This document shows, piece after piece, positions 1-7,349 of a stretch of 8,809 bases of DNA. The translations under genes were made by a program, and so were the position numbers. The DNA comes from Rotaria sordida. Lineage: Eukaryota. Each line of letters begins with the position of its first letter. Position 1 is the first letter of the stretch. The notes beneath the pieces are model-generated. The model saw nothing but the letters and a program-made list of their open reading frames with translations, was not told where the DNA came from and made no database searches. The stretch is taken from NCBI GenBank assembly GCA_905252715.1, contig CAJNOU010000143.1, positions 88,037 to 96,845 of the forward strand, in the 5' to 3' direction.

Positions 1-1051
1 GACCGTATTTGGCCGCATTACTTGAAATTTTGAATTATTCCACTTGCTGTTTAAAAAAACTGATTCGTCTCTTTCGGAACTTCCAATAGTTCCATACAAA
101 AATAGAATGAAATTTTAGAACGGCTGTTGCGTAGGTGTACATGCTACTTAGGCTAAGAGTGAAGCACGATTACAACGAAAATTATACTAATCTTTAGATG
201 TTCAGAGAAATATCCTACATTCAACCGTTATGTAAATTGTTTCGTGACAATAGAGCTAGTGTTAACGATAAGTCATAATGTCGGATTCGAATTTTTCAAC
301 GCTAGAAACTTCTAGTCAAGTCGTGTTTACAGTCTAGAAAATTTAAAATAAAAATACTCTTCTGTGAATCGAAAAAGCATCTTCCAACATTGTTAAAATT
401 ATCTGTCGAAGTTGAGCTCCTCGTCATCAAAAATATCTAGAAAATTTTATGACAAATTACCAAAATTTACAATTAATGCTCATAAAGGTCAAACTTTAGC
501 TTATTGCAACTTGTTAGAAATCGAGTCTTGAGTTGAAGACTTTTGCTTTCGAGAAAGTTTAGTCAAGTAACGATGAATTTGGCGTTCTAGGTCGATCTAT
601 CGAAATATTTTGTCTTGGCAGAATAAGACAATTTTCTCTTCGACTACGATTACTACATAATATTCACTACTAAGGTCAACACAAATGCCATTTTCAATCC
701 ATCAGCTCAGTTAGAAAATCGAGTATTTTTCATTTTACTTATTTTTCTATGAGAATAAACGTTTAACCAATATAATCGTTGTAGAATTATGTTTTGTATA
801 GTATTAACGAACATTGACTTGTTTGCAAGCGTCGAAGTTGCAAAGGAAAGTTGAAAATAAGTGAGAGAATCAGATAATATTGCAAGAGAACAGAATACAA
901 ACGATGGTGTGATGCATTTATTTTATACATTTTGTCCACGTGGTAACAGGAGGCATTTTACCTTTCTACAGGTAAACATATATCAGTTGAAAAAAAAACA
1001 GTCGCATCGGTTCGATGATTTATATTTGAAACAGTCGATCAGTGATCAAGC

Positions 1052-1633
1052 CTACAGCAACCTCACATATCCATGTGTTACTCTATTCGTAAGTATACAA
1101 GTAATATAGTTACATTTTAATAATACGACAAAGGTATCGAATATTAAACAAATGAACGAAAGATAGAAATAACATGGACATGTCAATGTACGGCACATCT
1201 GAATACGACACGAGGTGCTCGTTGCGACACATTTTGTCCAACGACGGCACGACACATTCTCACAACGTGGTTCGAATCTAATATGCAGCGCACTTTTCAT
1301 TTTTTTTCTGTAAGAGCAAATTATGATATTTTTGTGAATTTTTCCTATGTAATTATTCATATTCTGAAAACTGAAGCAGATCAAATTTTGAGATCTGCCC
1401 AACCTCGAGTTGCTCCGATCTCCACCCGACCGCTTTTGGGTAGTCCTCTCTCGATCATGGATCAAGATCGGCATGTTCTGAACCAATAAATAATCGAGAA
1501 TTAATCTAGCAAAAAAAAAATTAATGTGAAAATAGATAAGTTTAATGTGTTCAATCGAGTTGTCTATAAGAAGCTGTTTGTGGAAAATAAAACGATGAAT
1601 GAATAGGCAACAGACAGAATGCGACAAATTCAT
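1052..1633 (-). other. 193-codon ATG-initiated stop-free frame with no recognisable product
   Basis: This is track ORF 1052..1633 (-). It is much longer than random stop-free frames should be in DNA this AT-rich. However, the peptide is compositionally odd (Cys/Ile/Phe-rich, and it translates an A10 run as FFF). I recognise no motif in it. It reads through motif cluster A and starts inside cluster B. Confidence 0.15.
1190..1260 (+). repeat. Cluster A of the direct short motif RCGRCACAT (about 5 copies)
   Basis: Copies start at 1191 (cggcacat), 1206 (cgacacga), 1225 (cgacacat), 1245 (cggcac, truncated) and 1250 (cgacacat). All are on the same strand, spaced about 15-25 nt apart. Confidence 0.8.
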
Positions 1634-1713
1634 TTACGACACATTCTGATTGCAATACATTTTCTCAATTGAACCTGCGACACTATAACTTACGACACAT
1701 AAGTGCGGCACAT
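1621..1713 (+). repeat. Cluster B of the direct short motif RCGRCACAT (about 6 copies)
   Basis: Copies start at 1622 (cgacaaat), 1637 (cgacacat), 1653 (caatacat, degenerate), 1678 (cgacacta), 1693 (cgacacat) and 1706 (cggcacat). They have the same orientation as cluster A and are spaced 13-25 nt apart. Two longer matches link the clusters. acgacacattct occurs at 1249-1260 and 1636-1647. gcgRcacatttt occurs at 1224-1235 and 1705-1716. Confidence 0.8.
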
Positions 1714-1714
1714 T

Positions 1715-1962
1715 TTATTTTAGTGTGTATGCAATATTCTTTTTTGAATGCCATTTCTCCAACGGTTTGATTAATTGTTCTTGAATCTTGTAGAGTCGAT
1801 AGAACTCGTCATTACTTCTTTTATATCCAACACCGAGCATTTTGATCATCTTTTTCCAGTTTTCGGTTTTTTTGATGCATCAATGTGCTCGATATTGTAT
1901 TTCAGAGTATCATTGACGCAGCTTGAGACTCTCCCTAAATTTACATTATTCGGGTTGCTGAA
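1715..1962 (-). pseudogene. Coding-like remnant of unknown family, split by a frameshift in a T7 run
   Basis: Two minus-strand frames are involved. Region 1849-1962 reads FSNPNNVNLGRVSSCVNDTLKYNIEHIDASKKPKTGKR. Region 1718-1879 reads CIKKTENWKKMIKMLGVGYKRSNDEFYRLYKIQEQLIKPLEKWHSKKNIAYTLK, followed by a stop at 1715-1717. The frames overlap at the T7 homopolymer 1867-1873, and a 1-nt indel there would join them into about 85 codons. The combined length is within chance expectation, so the call rests only on the protein-like composition. Confidence 0.2.
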
Positions 1963-2794
1963 TTAGGTAACATCGTAGTCTAACTACTGCATTCGTAAGC
2001 GACAAAACGGTATTGCTGATCGATAATACTCTTTTTCAAAAAGAAAGTTTTCGTCAAGAATTAGTAGATGATAGTCTATAAAGATTTTTTAAAGTCAAGT
2101 AGAAGATTTTTATAAATATTTGTTATTAGAGAATGTTTCATAGATGCTACAAATAGAGAAAATATCAAAATGCAGTCCAAAATATGTAACCCTGCGATAT
2201 ATATATTATGTGAGAAAGAACTTCAGTTGTGATATAGATAACAGCCGTCATTGAATTTCAGATTCTTCTGCATCGTGTAAATAAGCAAGCTAGACAAAAA
2301 AAAACAAATATTGCTTCAGTTTTTTTCTTCGCTTAATGGAAGTGATTTTTCGGATTATTTATCATAGAACGAGTGAAGTATGGTGGAGATAGATGATGAA
2401 AATATCTTTCACCTAATCAAGAACTTCACTACGTCTACCGGAAGCGACTTTTTCGAGACATGGGATCTCAAAGTTCCATACAGTCGATTGCTTCTATTCT
2501 TAATCTTCTCTCACAGAACAATTCGCGATAAGTTGATGATAACTGTTGAATCGAGCGATCCTATTGAAATTGATTCGATTTTCATCTTTCAATGATTTTT
2601 TGAAAAGACAAATTTGACTTATACTCATTTCCCATTTCATTTTTTTAATGACCAAGCAGCAAATTACTCTCACTGATCACATTCTCTTAGGAACGAGAGG
2701 CTTGACATCATCCTTGCGTACGCTTCTTCTTGAAAGTGAGGAGCGACCGAATTACAATGATTTGTCATCAAACGATCCACCACATCTTTCTATC

Positions 2795-2799
<5 letters not shown>

Positions 2800-2837
<38 letters not shown>
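2800..2837. repeat. (CT)19 dinucleotide microsatellite
   Basis: There is an uninterrupted CT/TC run of 38 nt. It explains the SLSLSL stretch in + ORF 2648..2998 and the RERERE stretch in - ORF 2768..2950. Confidence 0.98.
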
Positions 2838-2839
<2 letters not shown>

Positions 2840-2849
2840 TCTATTGTAG

Positions 2850-3445
2850 GTCTTCTGAACCTTCCTTCTAATATCCGATGGACACAGAACAGTGTGATTA
2901 TCGCTGGATGCCAAAGCAAAGGCAATGTACTTCATCATCTCGTCTATCATCGTAGTCTACAAGTTCATGAAGACTCAACCGTCAATGTCGTTAACTGATT
3001 CAATCACTGTATCATCAAATAACAACTATATGCAACGCAGAGAAGAAACCATTGTCAAAAAGAAACATTGCCTGTCGTGATCCATGGTCGACGATGAGCG
3101 ATTTCTTTTCAACTTTGACGTCGAGAAGTATGAAAGCAGCCGATATTGGGAGAGAAACATCGAACGAAGAGTGGTGGTCGGTGATAACAAGAATGATACA
3201 GTACAGTTGTCTGGTCTTACGGAAGTGTTCGTCCATCGTCGGATACCGTCTATGCAGCATAGTACGGAAATGATCGAATGATGCGCTGACGCAAAGAAAC
3301 GAACAACTGATTGATCATTGTAGACGAAAGCACTGGAGAAGAAAAAACTGAATAGCTGGCTCATCCACGGGGTTTGTCGTTTGATTCTGATGAGAATCTT
3401 ACTGTCTTCGAAAACAATGATCTGATGATGATGCATCATCAGTGT
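2850..3445 (+). pseudogene. Degenerate NHL-type (six-bladed beta-propeller) repeat gene remnant, with frameshifts and in-frame stops
   Basis: Three successive blocks fit the NHL repeat pattern W..NG..VAGG.G.G...QL..P.G..VD.D..(I/L)YV.D..N.RI.KW. Block 1 (frame of 2879) reads RWTQNSVIIAGCQSKGNVLHHLVYHRSLQVHEDSTVNVVN*FNHCIIK*, with stops at 2996-2998 and 3020-3022. Block 2 (frame of 3084) reads VDDERFLFNFD..YWERNIERRVVVGDNKNDTVQLSGLTEVFVHRR....STEMIE*, with a stop at 3279-3281. Block 3 (frame of 3311) reads LIIVDESTGEEKTE*LAHPRGLSFDSDENLTVFENND, with a stop at 3353-3355. The frame changes between blocks. An ATTGTAG acceptor-like site at 2843-2849 follows the (CT)n tract. The remnant may extend upstream to about 2648. 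The identification is from motif memory only. Confidence 0.45.
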
Positions 3446-3474
3446 GCCTCTCACATGCCACTATCTTCAATGAA

Positions 3475-3487
3475 AGAGAGAGAGAGA
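3475..3487. repeat. Short (AG)n tract
   Basis: The sequence is agagagagagaga (13 nt). It is the reverse complement of the (CT)n motif at 2800-2837 and lies on the other side of the NHL-like remnant. Confidence 0.9.
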
Positions 3488-4503
3488 TATTGAGTACTTA
3501 GTCAGGAAGCAACCATCTCAACTATCTCATGAGTTCAAATTTCGTATTATAATGGAGAGTACATCTCCCTGAGAACGAGAGGACTGTAAAAGGATTAGTG
3601 TTCGTGACTTAAAGGTTATGATTTGAGACCATTTTGTTGAAGTTTTTATCAATAGGGCAGGATTTTCTAAAACAAATAAAATTATATATTTTTTACTTCA
3701 GATATTGACTACAAGTAGATTAAGTTATCTTTAGAGTGCCCTGAAATTTTCAGCAAAAACAAATGTGTACTTTGCGAGAAACTGAATCAATAATCACGTT
3801 CGATTCTGATTGTCTTTCTCTGAGAATCGAACTAGTTTTTTTGAATTCAATATCTGGACAAGTAAACACTCATTTTTCCTGAAAATTGCAGAAAACTCTA
3901 ATGACAAAAACATCAACCCGTAGATGGAATCACAGGTCAAAAAGAATGTTTTTTTTCGTTTTTTTTCCGCGAATTCTATTCTATGGGTGGAAAACTCAGT
4001 AAAATGACTGCCCAATTATAACTGTTGAGCAATGGATACAAATCTTTTTTGGAGATGTTTCGGTCACTGAGAGCTCTACTTCCAGTCATAATACGAAGTC
4101 TTAACTCATAATACAATTGAGATATTATCAGTGTTAGAGAATGATATCTTCTGTTTGCTTCGGTTATCGAAGCCATCGAACGAACGATTAGTACCATCAT
4201 TTCATTGCTTACAATGTCTATCGTTCCCGGACGCACGCGTCTCAATGATCGAGTAATCATCAAACTAATAATTCATTTGTTCCAAAGCTGAAAGTTTATG
4301 ACTATTTAGGCAGTAAAATGTTGTCGCCTCTTCTCAGTCAGTAGATCTAGCAGGTGCATTTCAAATCGTACGATGACTTCATCAAAGTAGAATGAGTATA
4401 CGAAGTATGTAGTAGTCAAAGCAAAAGATTAATTAAATAGATGGAAATAATACTTTGATGAATTTTTTCAAAGTGAACACAGAGCTTGATGAGAATATAC
4501 TAA

Positions 4504-4922
4504 AATAGATTCAATCTTCTTCTCTCGATCAAAAAAGAACTCTTCCATCAGGAGGGTGCATCTATGGTTGAGAAGATGGTTAAAGCAATCCAACAGGCTA
4601 GAAATAAGAGCGCTTTGGAAGGGATAAGTTACTTTCGAAACTATTGAAAGCAGGTGATCACCCTTGGACAGACTGGTGGCATGAAAATGTCAGTGATAAT
4701 TGCAAACAAGAGATCATGATTCAAGGCTCGACCATAGCAATATTAATATGCTTGTATAAGAGTGAAGATGGTCAGCACTTGTCCACAATGAGAAGACACT
4801 GTCTTTTAGCAGCACTGAAATTATCACGAGGAACCGCATTACTATCTAGTTGTGTAAATCAGTTTATCGAGAATCTTACAGTATTTATAAATATCCCAAA
4901 TAAAAATCTCAAATTTATTTAG
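4504..4922 (+). other. Two adjacent + strand open frames offset by one nucleotide (possible frameshifted gene remnant, product unknown)
   Basis: Frame A (4504-4644, stop 4645-4647) reads NRFNLLLSIKKELFHQEGASMVEKMVKAIQQARNKSALEGISYFRNY. Frame B is open from 4608 to 4919 (stop 4920-4922) and includes track ORF 4644..4922 (..AGDHPWTDWWHENVSDNCKQEIMIQGSTIAILICLYKSEDGQHL..). Both frames are open over 4608-4644, so one indel there would fuse about 139 codons. I recognise no family. Confidence 0.15.
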
Positions 4923-5496
4923 AAAGTAGCAGTGAAAATGTTTGATCAACACCTTGAACATATCAGAAACCAGCCTCTGGGTTGACATAGGTATATGAAC
5001 CATTTGTATTGTGATCGATTTGACAATTATTTAACATCCTTAACGCAGATATTTGATATCGAGATACTTCTCAACAGTCCTAAGTATTTTTTATCACTTT
5101 TGTATTTTTCAAATATATAAACATGAATTTGTGCGCAACACGAGTTTACGAATGACATGGCTGAGAGAGAGGGAGAATAATAATGTTTCATTATTTAATT
5201 CCTTGTATTTTTCTTCAAATAACTAGGTCTGTCAATAATTATTTAAAAAAAAAAGAGTATTCGTTATTCGATCATGCTCCAATTTATCGAATTTTCTAGA
5301 TAAGACAGATCGTTTTTTAGCGTTATCGTCGATTGGTGCTGATTAGCATTGAATAAATTCCTCTCTCGAATTCAATTTAAACTCACTCAAGTATCTTGAC
5401 TAAAAAGCTACCAAAAAAAACTTGCCAGTGATATGATTCTTATTTTAGACACATAAAATTCACGTACGTCCAACTTGAATAAAGAGTTGAATATAT

Positions 5497-5632
5497 ATGG
5501 CGATGACAAAACAATGGAACGTCGTTTCAGCACTGCTTACTGATCTTTATCAAATTACAATGGCCTATGCTTATTGGAGAAGTGGCAAACATCAAGAGGA
5601 ATCTACATTCGATCTATTTTTTCGCAAGAATC
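5497..5632 (+). CDS. NAPRT: Nicotinate phosphoribosyltransferase, exon 1 of 5
   Basis: ATG 5497 is the first in-frame ATG after an in-frame TGA at 5488-5490. It translates to [45 protein letters not shown], which is the conserved NAPRT N-terminus (LLTDLYQxTMAYAYW ... FDLFFRKN). The exon ends in phase 1 directly before a GTAAGT donor at 5633. Confidence 0.9.
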
Positions 5633-5699
5633 GTAAGTGAATCAAATGTATTTTCTGTGTCGAAATAAAAAGGTTCCTGTCAAATATGTATTTGTGTAG

Positions 5700-5888
5700 C
5701 ATTTGGTGGTGAATACACATTGTTTGCTGGCCTCGAAGATTGTCTAAAATTTGTACAAAATTACAAATTTCAAACATCCGACATTGATTATCTTCGCGAA
5801 ACATTGCCCACCCATATCGAAAAAGAATTTTACGACTTTCTATCGACACTCGACTTGAATGATATTAAAATTTATGCAATACCTGAAG
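5700..5888 (+). CDS. NAPRT: Nicotinate phosphoribosyltransferase, exon 2 of 5
   Basis: The exon follows a TGTGTAG acceptor (AG 5698-5699). The split codon C|CA gives Pro and restores the family motif [22 protein letters not shown]. There are 62 full codons, ending ...DIKIYAIPE. The exon ends in phase 1 before a GT at 5889 (GTTAAA, a weaker donor). Intron 1 is 67 nt. Confidence 0.88.
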
Positions 5889-5941
5889 GTTAAACTCTGT
5901 ATTTATATACTTTCTTCTGTATTTTTTAATTCGTCATTCAG

Positions 5942-6232
5942 GCTCTGTGGTTTTTCCTCACTCGCCGTTGCTTCGTATCGAAGGACCTATTTTAAAAGCG
6001 CAACTGCTCGAAACAACCCTGCTGACATTAATCAATTACGCCAGTCTAGTAACAACGAATGCCGCTCGATTTCGTGCGGCAGTAGGATCCAATAAAAAAT
6101 TTTATGAATTCGGTCTCCGAGATGCACAAGGTTCGGACGGCGGTCTTAGTGCCTCAAAATATTGTTATTTGGGCGGATTTGATGGTACATCAAATGTACT
6201 AGCTGGTAAACTGTACGGAATTACTCTCCGAG
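5942..6232 (+). CDS. NAPRT: Nicotinate phosphoribosyltransferase, exon 3 of 5
   Basis: The exon follows a CATTCAG acceptor (AG 5940-5941). The split codon G|GC gives Gly (..AIPE-G-SVVFP..). It translates to [96 protein letters not shown] and agrees with track ORF 5947..6246. A GTAAAT donor sits at 6233. Intron 2 is 53 nt. Confidence 0.9.
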
Positions 6233-6281
6233 GTAAATATCTATGATCAAAAATTTATTGGCTTTTGACTTTTGAAAATAG

Positions 6282-6850
6282 GAACACATTCATACGCTTA
6301 TGTTAGTTCATATGGAAATCTTGATGAGTTGAAAATTCGAGATTTATCCGATCGAATTACTGGTGAATCACGACCATTTGTTCAATTGTGCTTGAACTAT
6401 CTCAATGAGCTCGGTCCAATACTCAAAATCTTTCCCGATCAAGCAAACAAAGGTGAATTAACCGCATTTATTGCCTATGCTATTTCGTTTCCTTCTGGCT
6501 TCTTGGCTTTGATCGACACGTACGATGTTCTCAAGTCTGGTGTCCCGAACTTTTTGGCTGTCGCTCTTGCATTACACCAATGTAATTATCAAGCAATCGG
6601 TCTTCGTTTGGACTCCGGTGACTTGGCCTATTTGTCATTGGAAATACGAGCAAATTTTGTTGAAGTCGCTCGAAAATTCAATGTATCTCATATCGAACGT
6701 TTGGATATTGTGGCAAGTGGTGATATCAATGAGGAAACATTGCTTTCATTGGAAAGCCAAGAACATGCAATTGACATATTCGATATTGGAGCACATTTAG
6801 TTACATGTCAAAAACAACCAGCACTTGGTTGTGTCTATAAATTGGTCGAA
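6282..6850 (+). CDS. NAPRT: Nicotinate phosphoribosyltransferase, exon 4 of 5
   Basis: The exon follows an AAAATAG acceptor (AG 6280-6281). The split codon G|GA gives Gly. It reads GTHSYAYV...AFIAYAISFPSGFLALIDTYDVLKSGVPNFLAVALAL...GLRLDSGDLAYLS...IVASGDINEETL...FDIGAHLVTCQKQPALGCVYKLVE, in the same frame as track ORF 6272..6865. It ends in phase 0 before a GTAAGT donor at 6851. Intron 3 is 49 nt. Confidence 0.9.
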
Positions 6851-6911
6851 GTAAGTGTCTATTAGTGGAGAAAAAAAAAGAGTTGAAAACTATTCATTAT
6901 TCTCGATATAG

Positions 6912-7349
6912 TTGAATGGAACGGCACGCATCAAAGTAAGTCAAGACATCGAAAAATTGATGATACCTGGTCGAAAAAATCTCTATCGATTCTACGATGG
7001 TAATGGTGAAGCTTTATGTGACTTGATGACTGAAAGTGACGAACCAGAACCGATAGCTGGTGTTCGAATGCTCTGTCGACATCCATTTTCCGAAACGAAA
7101 CGTGCCTATGTTACACCAACAACCGTACAATGTATGTATAAATTGTATTGGGCTAATGGTCAAATTCAACAGGCATTACCGACATGGCAAGAAGTTCGTA
7201 TTTATGTCCAACGACAAATCGAAACATTGCGTAAAGATCATCGACGACAACTTAATCCGACACCGTACAAGGTCTCTGTTACCGATCATCTCTATTCATT
7301 CTTCCATCGACTCTGGATAAAAAGCATACCGATTGGTGAACTTGCCTAA
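6912..7349 (+). CDS. NAPRT: Nicotinate phosphoribosyltransferase, exon 5 of 5 (includes stop)
   Basis: The exon follows a GATATAG acceptor (AG 6910-6911). It reads LNGTARIKVSQDIEKLMIPGRKNLYRF...LNPTPYKVSVTDHLYSFFHRLWIKSIPIGELA and ends at TAA 7347-7349. The junction KLVE|LNGxxRIKxSQDxEK matches the metazoan NAPRT pattern. Intron 4 is 61 nt. The five exons sum to 1623 nt, which is 540 codons plus the stop. Confidence 0.9.
   Translation: MNGTARIKVSQDIEKLMIPGRKNLYRFYDGNGEALCDLMTESDEPEPIAGVRMLCRHPFSETKRAYVTPTTVQCMYKLYWANGQIQQALPTWQEVRIYVQRQIETLRKDHRRQLNPTPYKVSVTDHLYSFFHRLWIKSIPIGELA

Noticed and set aside
791-815. CRESS-DNA-virus/geminivirus-like origin: tagtattaac inside a small atgtt...aacat stem
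   Set aside because: The nonanucleotide carries an extra base relative to TAGTATTAC. The stem is only 5 bp with a 16-nt loop, and there is no Rep-like ORF anywhere nearby.
304-842. Short dispersed matches: agaaacttctagtcaagt (304-321) versus agaaagtttagtcaagt (552-568); gttagaaatcgagt (513-526) versus gttagaaaatcgagt (710-724); gtcgaagttg (405-414 and 830-839); and agtcaagt again at 2093
   Set aside because: The offsets between the pairs are inconsistent (about 190-250 nt), so there is no coherent repeat unit. Imperfect 10-18-mer matches are expected by chance in AT-rich sequence of this length. This is at most a very old, eroded duplication.
861-1109. Track ORF 861..1109 (+) followed by a GTAAGT at 1089, as a possible first exon
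   Set aside because: It starts at GTG and its peptide is unrecognisable. No downstream acceptor gives a continuing open frame that I could trace, because the frames after 1160 hit stops quickly.
1262-1285. tRNA-like T-loop / pol III box-B-like string gtggttcgaatcta
   Set aside because: The flanks (cgtgg / ctaat) cannot form a T-stem. No acceptor, D or anticodon arms and no box A can be built upstream. A second ttcgaatctaat at 8058-8069 is a 12-mer match of the kind expected by chance in 8.8 kb of AT-rich DNA.
2768-2950. Track ORF 2768..2950 (-) with an RERERERE stretch
   Set aside because: The ORF is driven by translation of the (CT)19 microsatellite and is not a credible protein.
2996-3281. 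In-frame TGA codons read as Trp (alternative genetic code) in the NHL-like region
   Set aside because: The same region also contains TAA and TAG stops and frame changes. The neighbouring NAPRT uses TGG for every Trp I checked and terminates at TAA. Pseudogenisation explains the data without recoding.
3015-3454. Track ORFs 3026..3454 (-), 3015..3260 (-) and 3052..3273 (+)
   Set aside because: They lie antisense to, or out of frame with, the NHL-like repeat signal, which reads on the + strand. Their peptides have no recognisable motifs, so they are most simply residual open frames over a former coding region.
3976-4264. Track ORFs 3976..4263 (-) and 3794..4015 (-), and a possible extra NHL-like fragment on + (4214-4264, MSIVPGRTRLNDRVIIK)
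   Set aside because: The minus ORF lengths are within chance expectation and their peptides are unrecognisable. The + fragment matches only the short D..N.RV..K tail of the repeat, which is too little to call.
5592-7320. Track ORFs 5592..5849 (-), 5859..6095 (+), 6525..6800 (+) and 7060..7320 (+)
   Set aside because: These are alternative-frame or antisense shadows of the NAPRT exons and introns. None has recognisable content, and the NAPRT frame explains the region.
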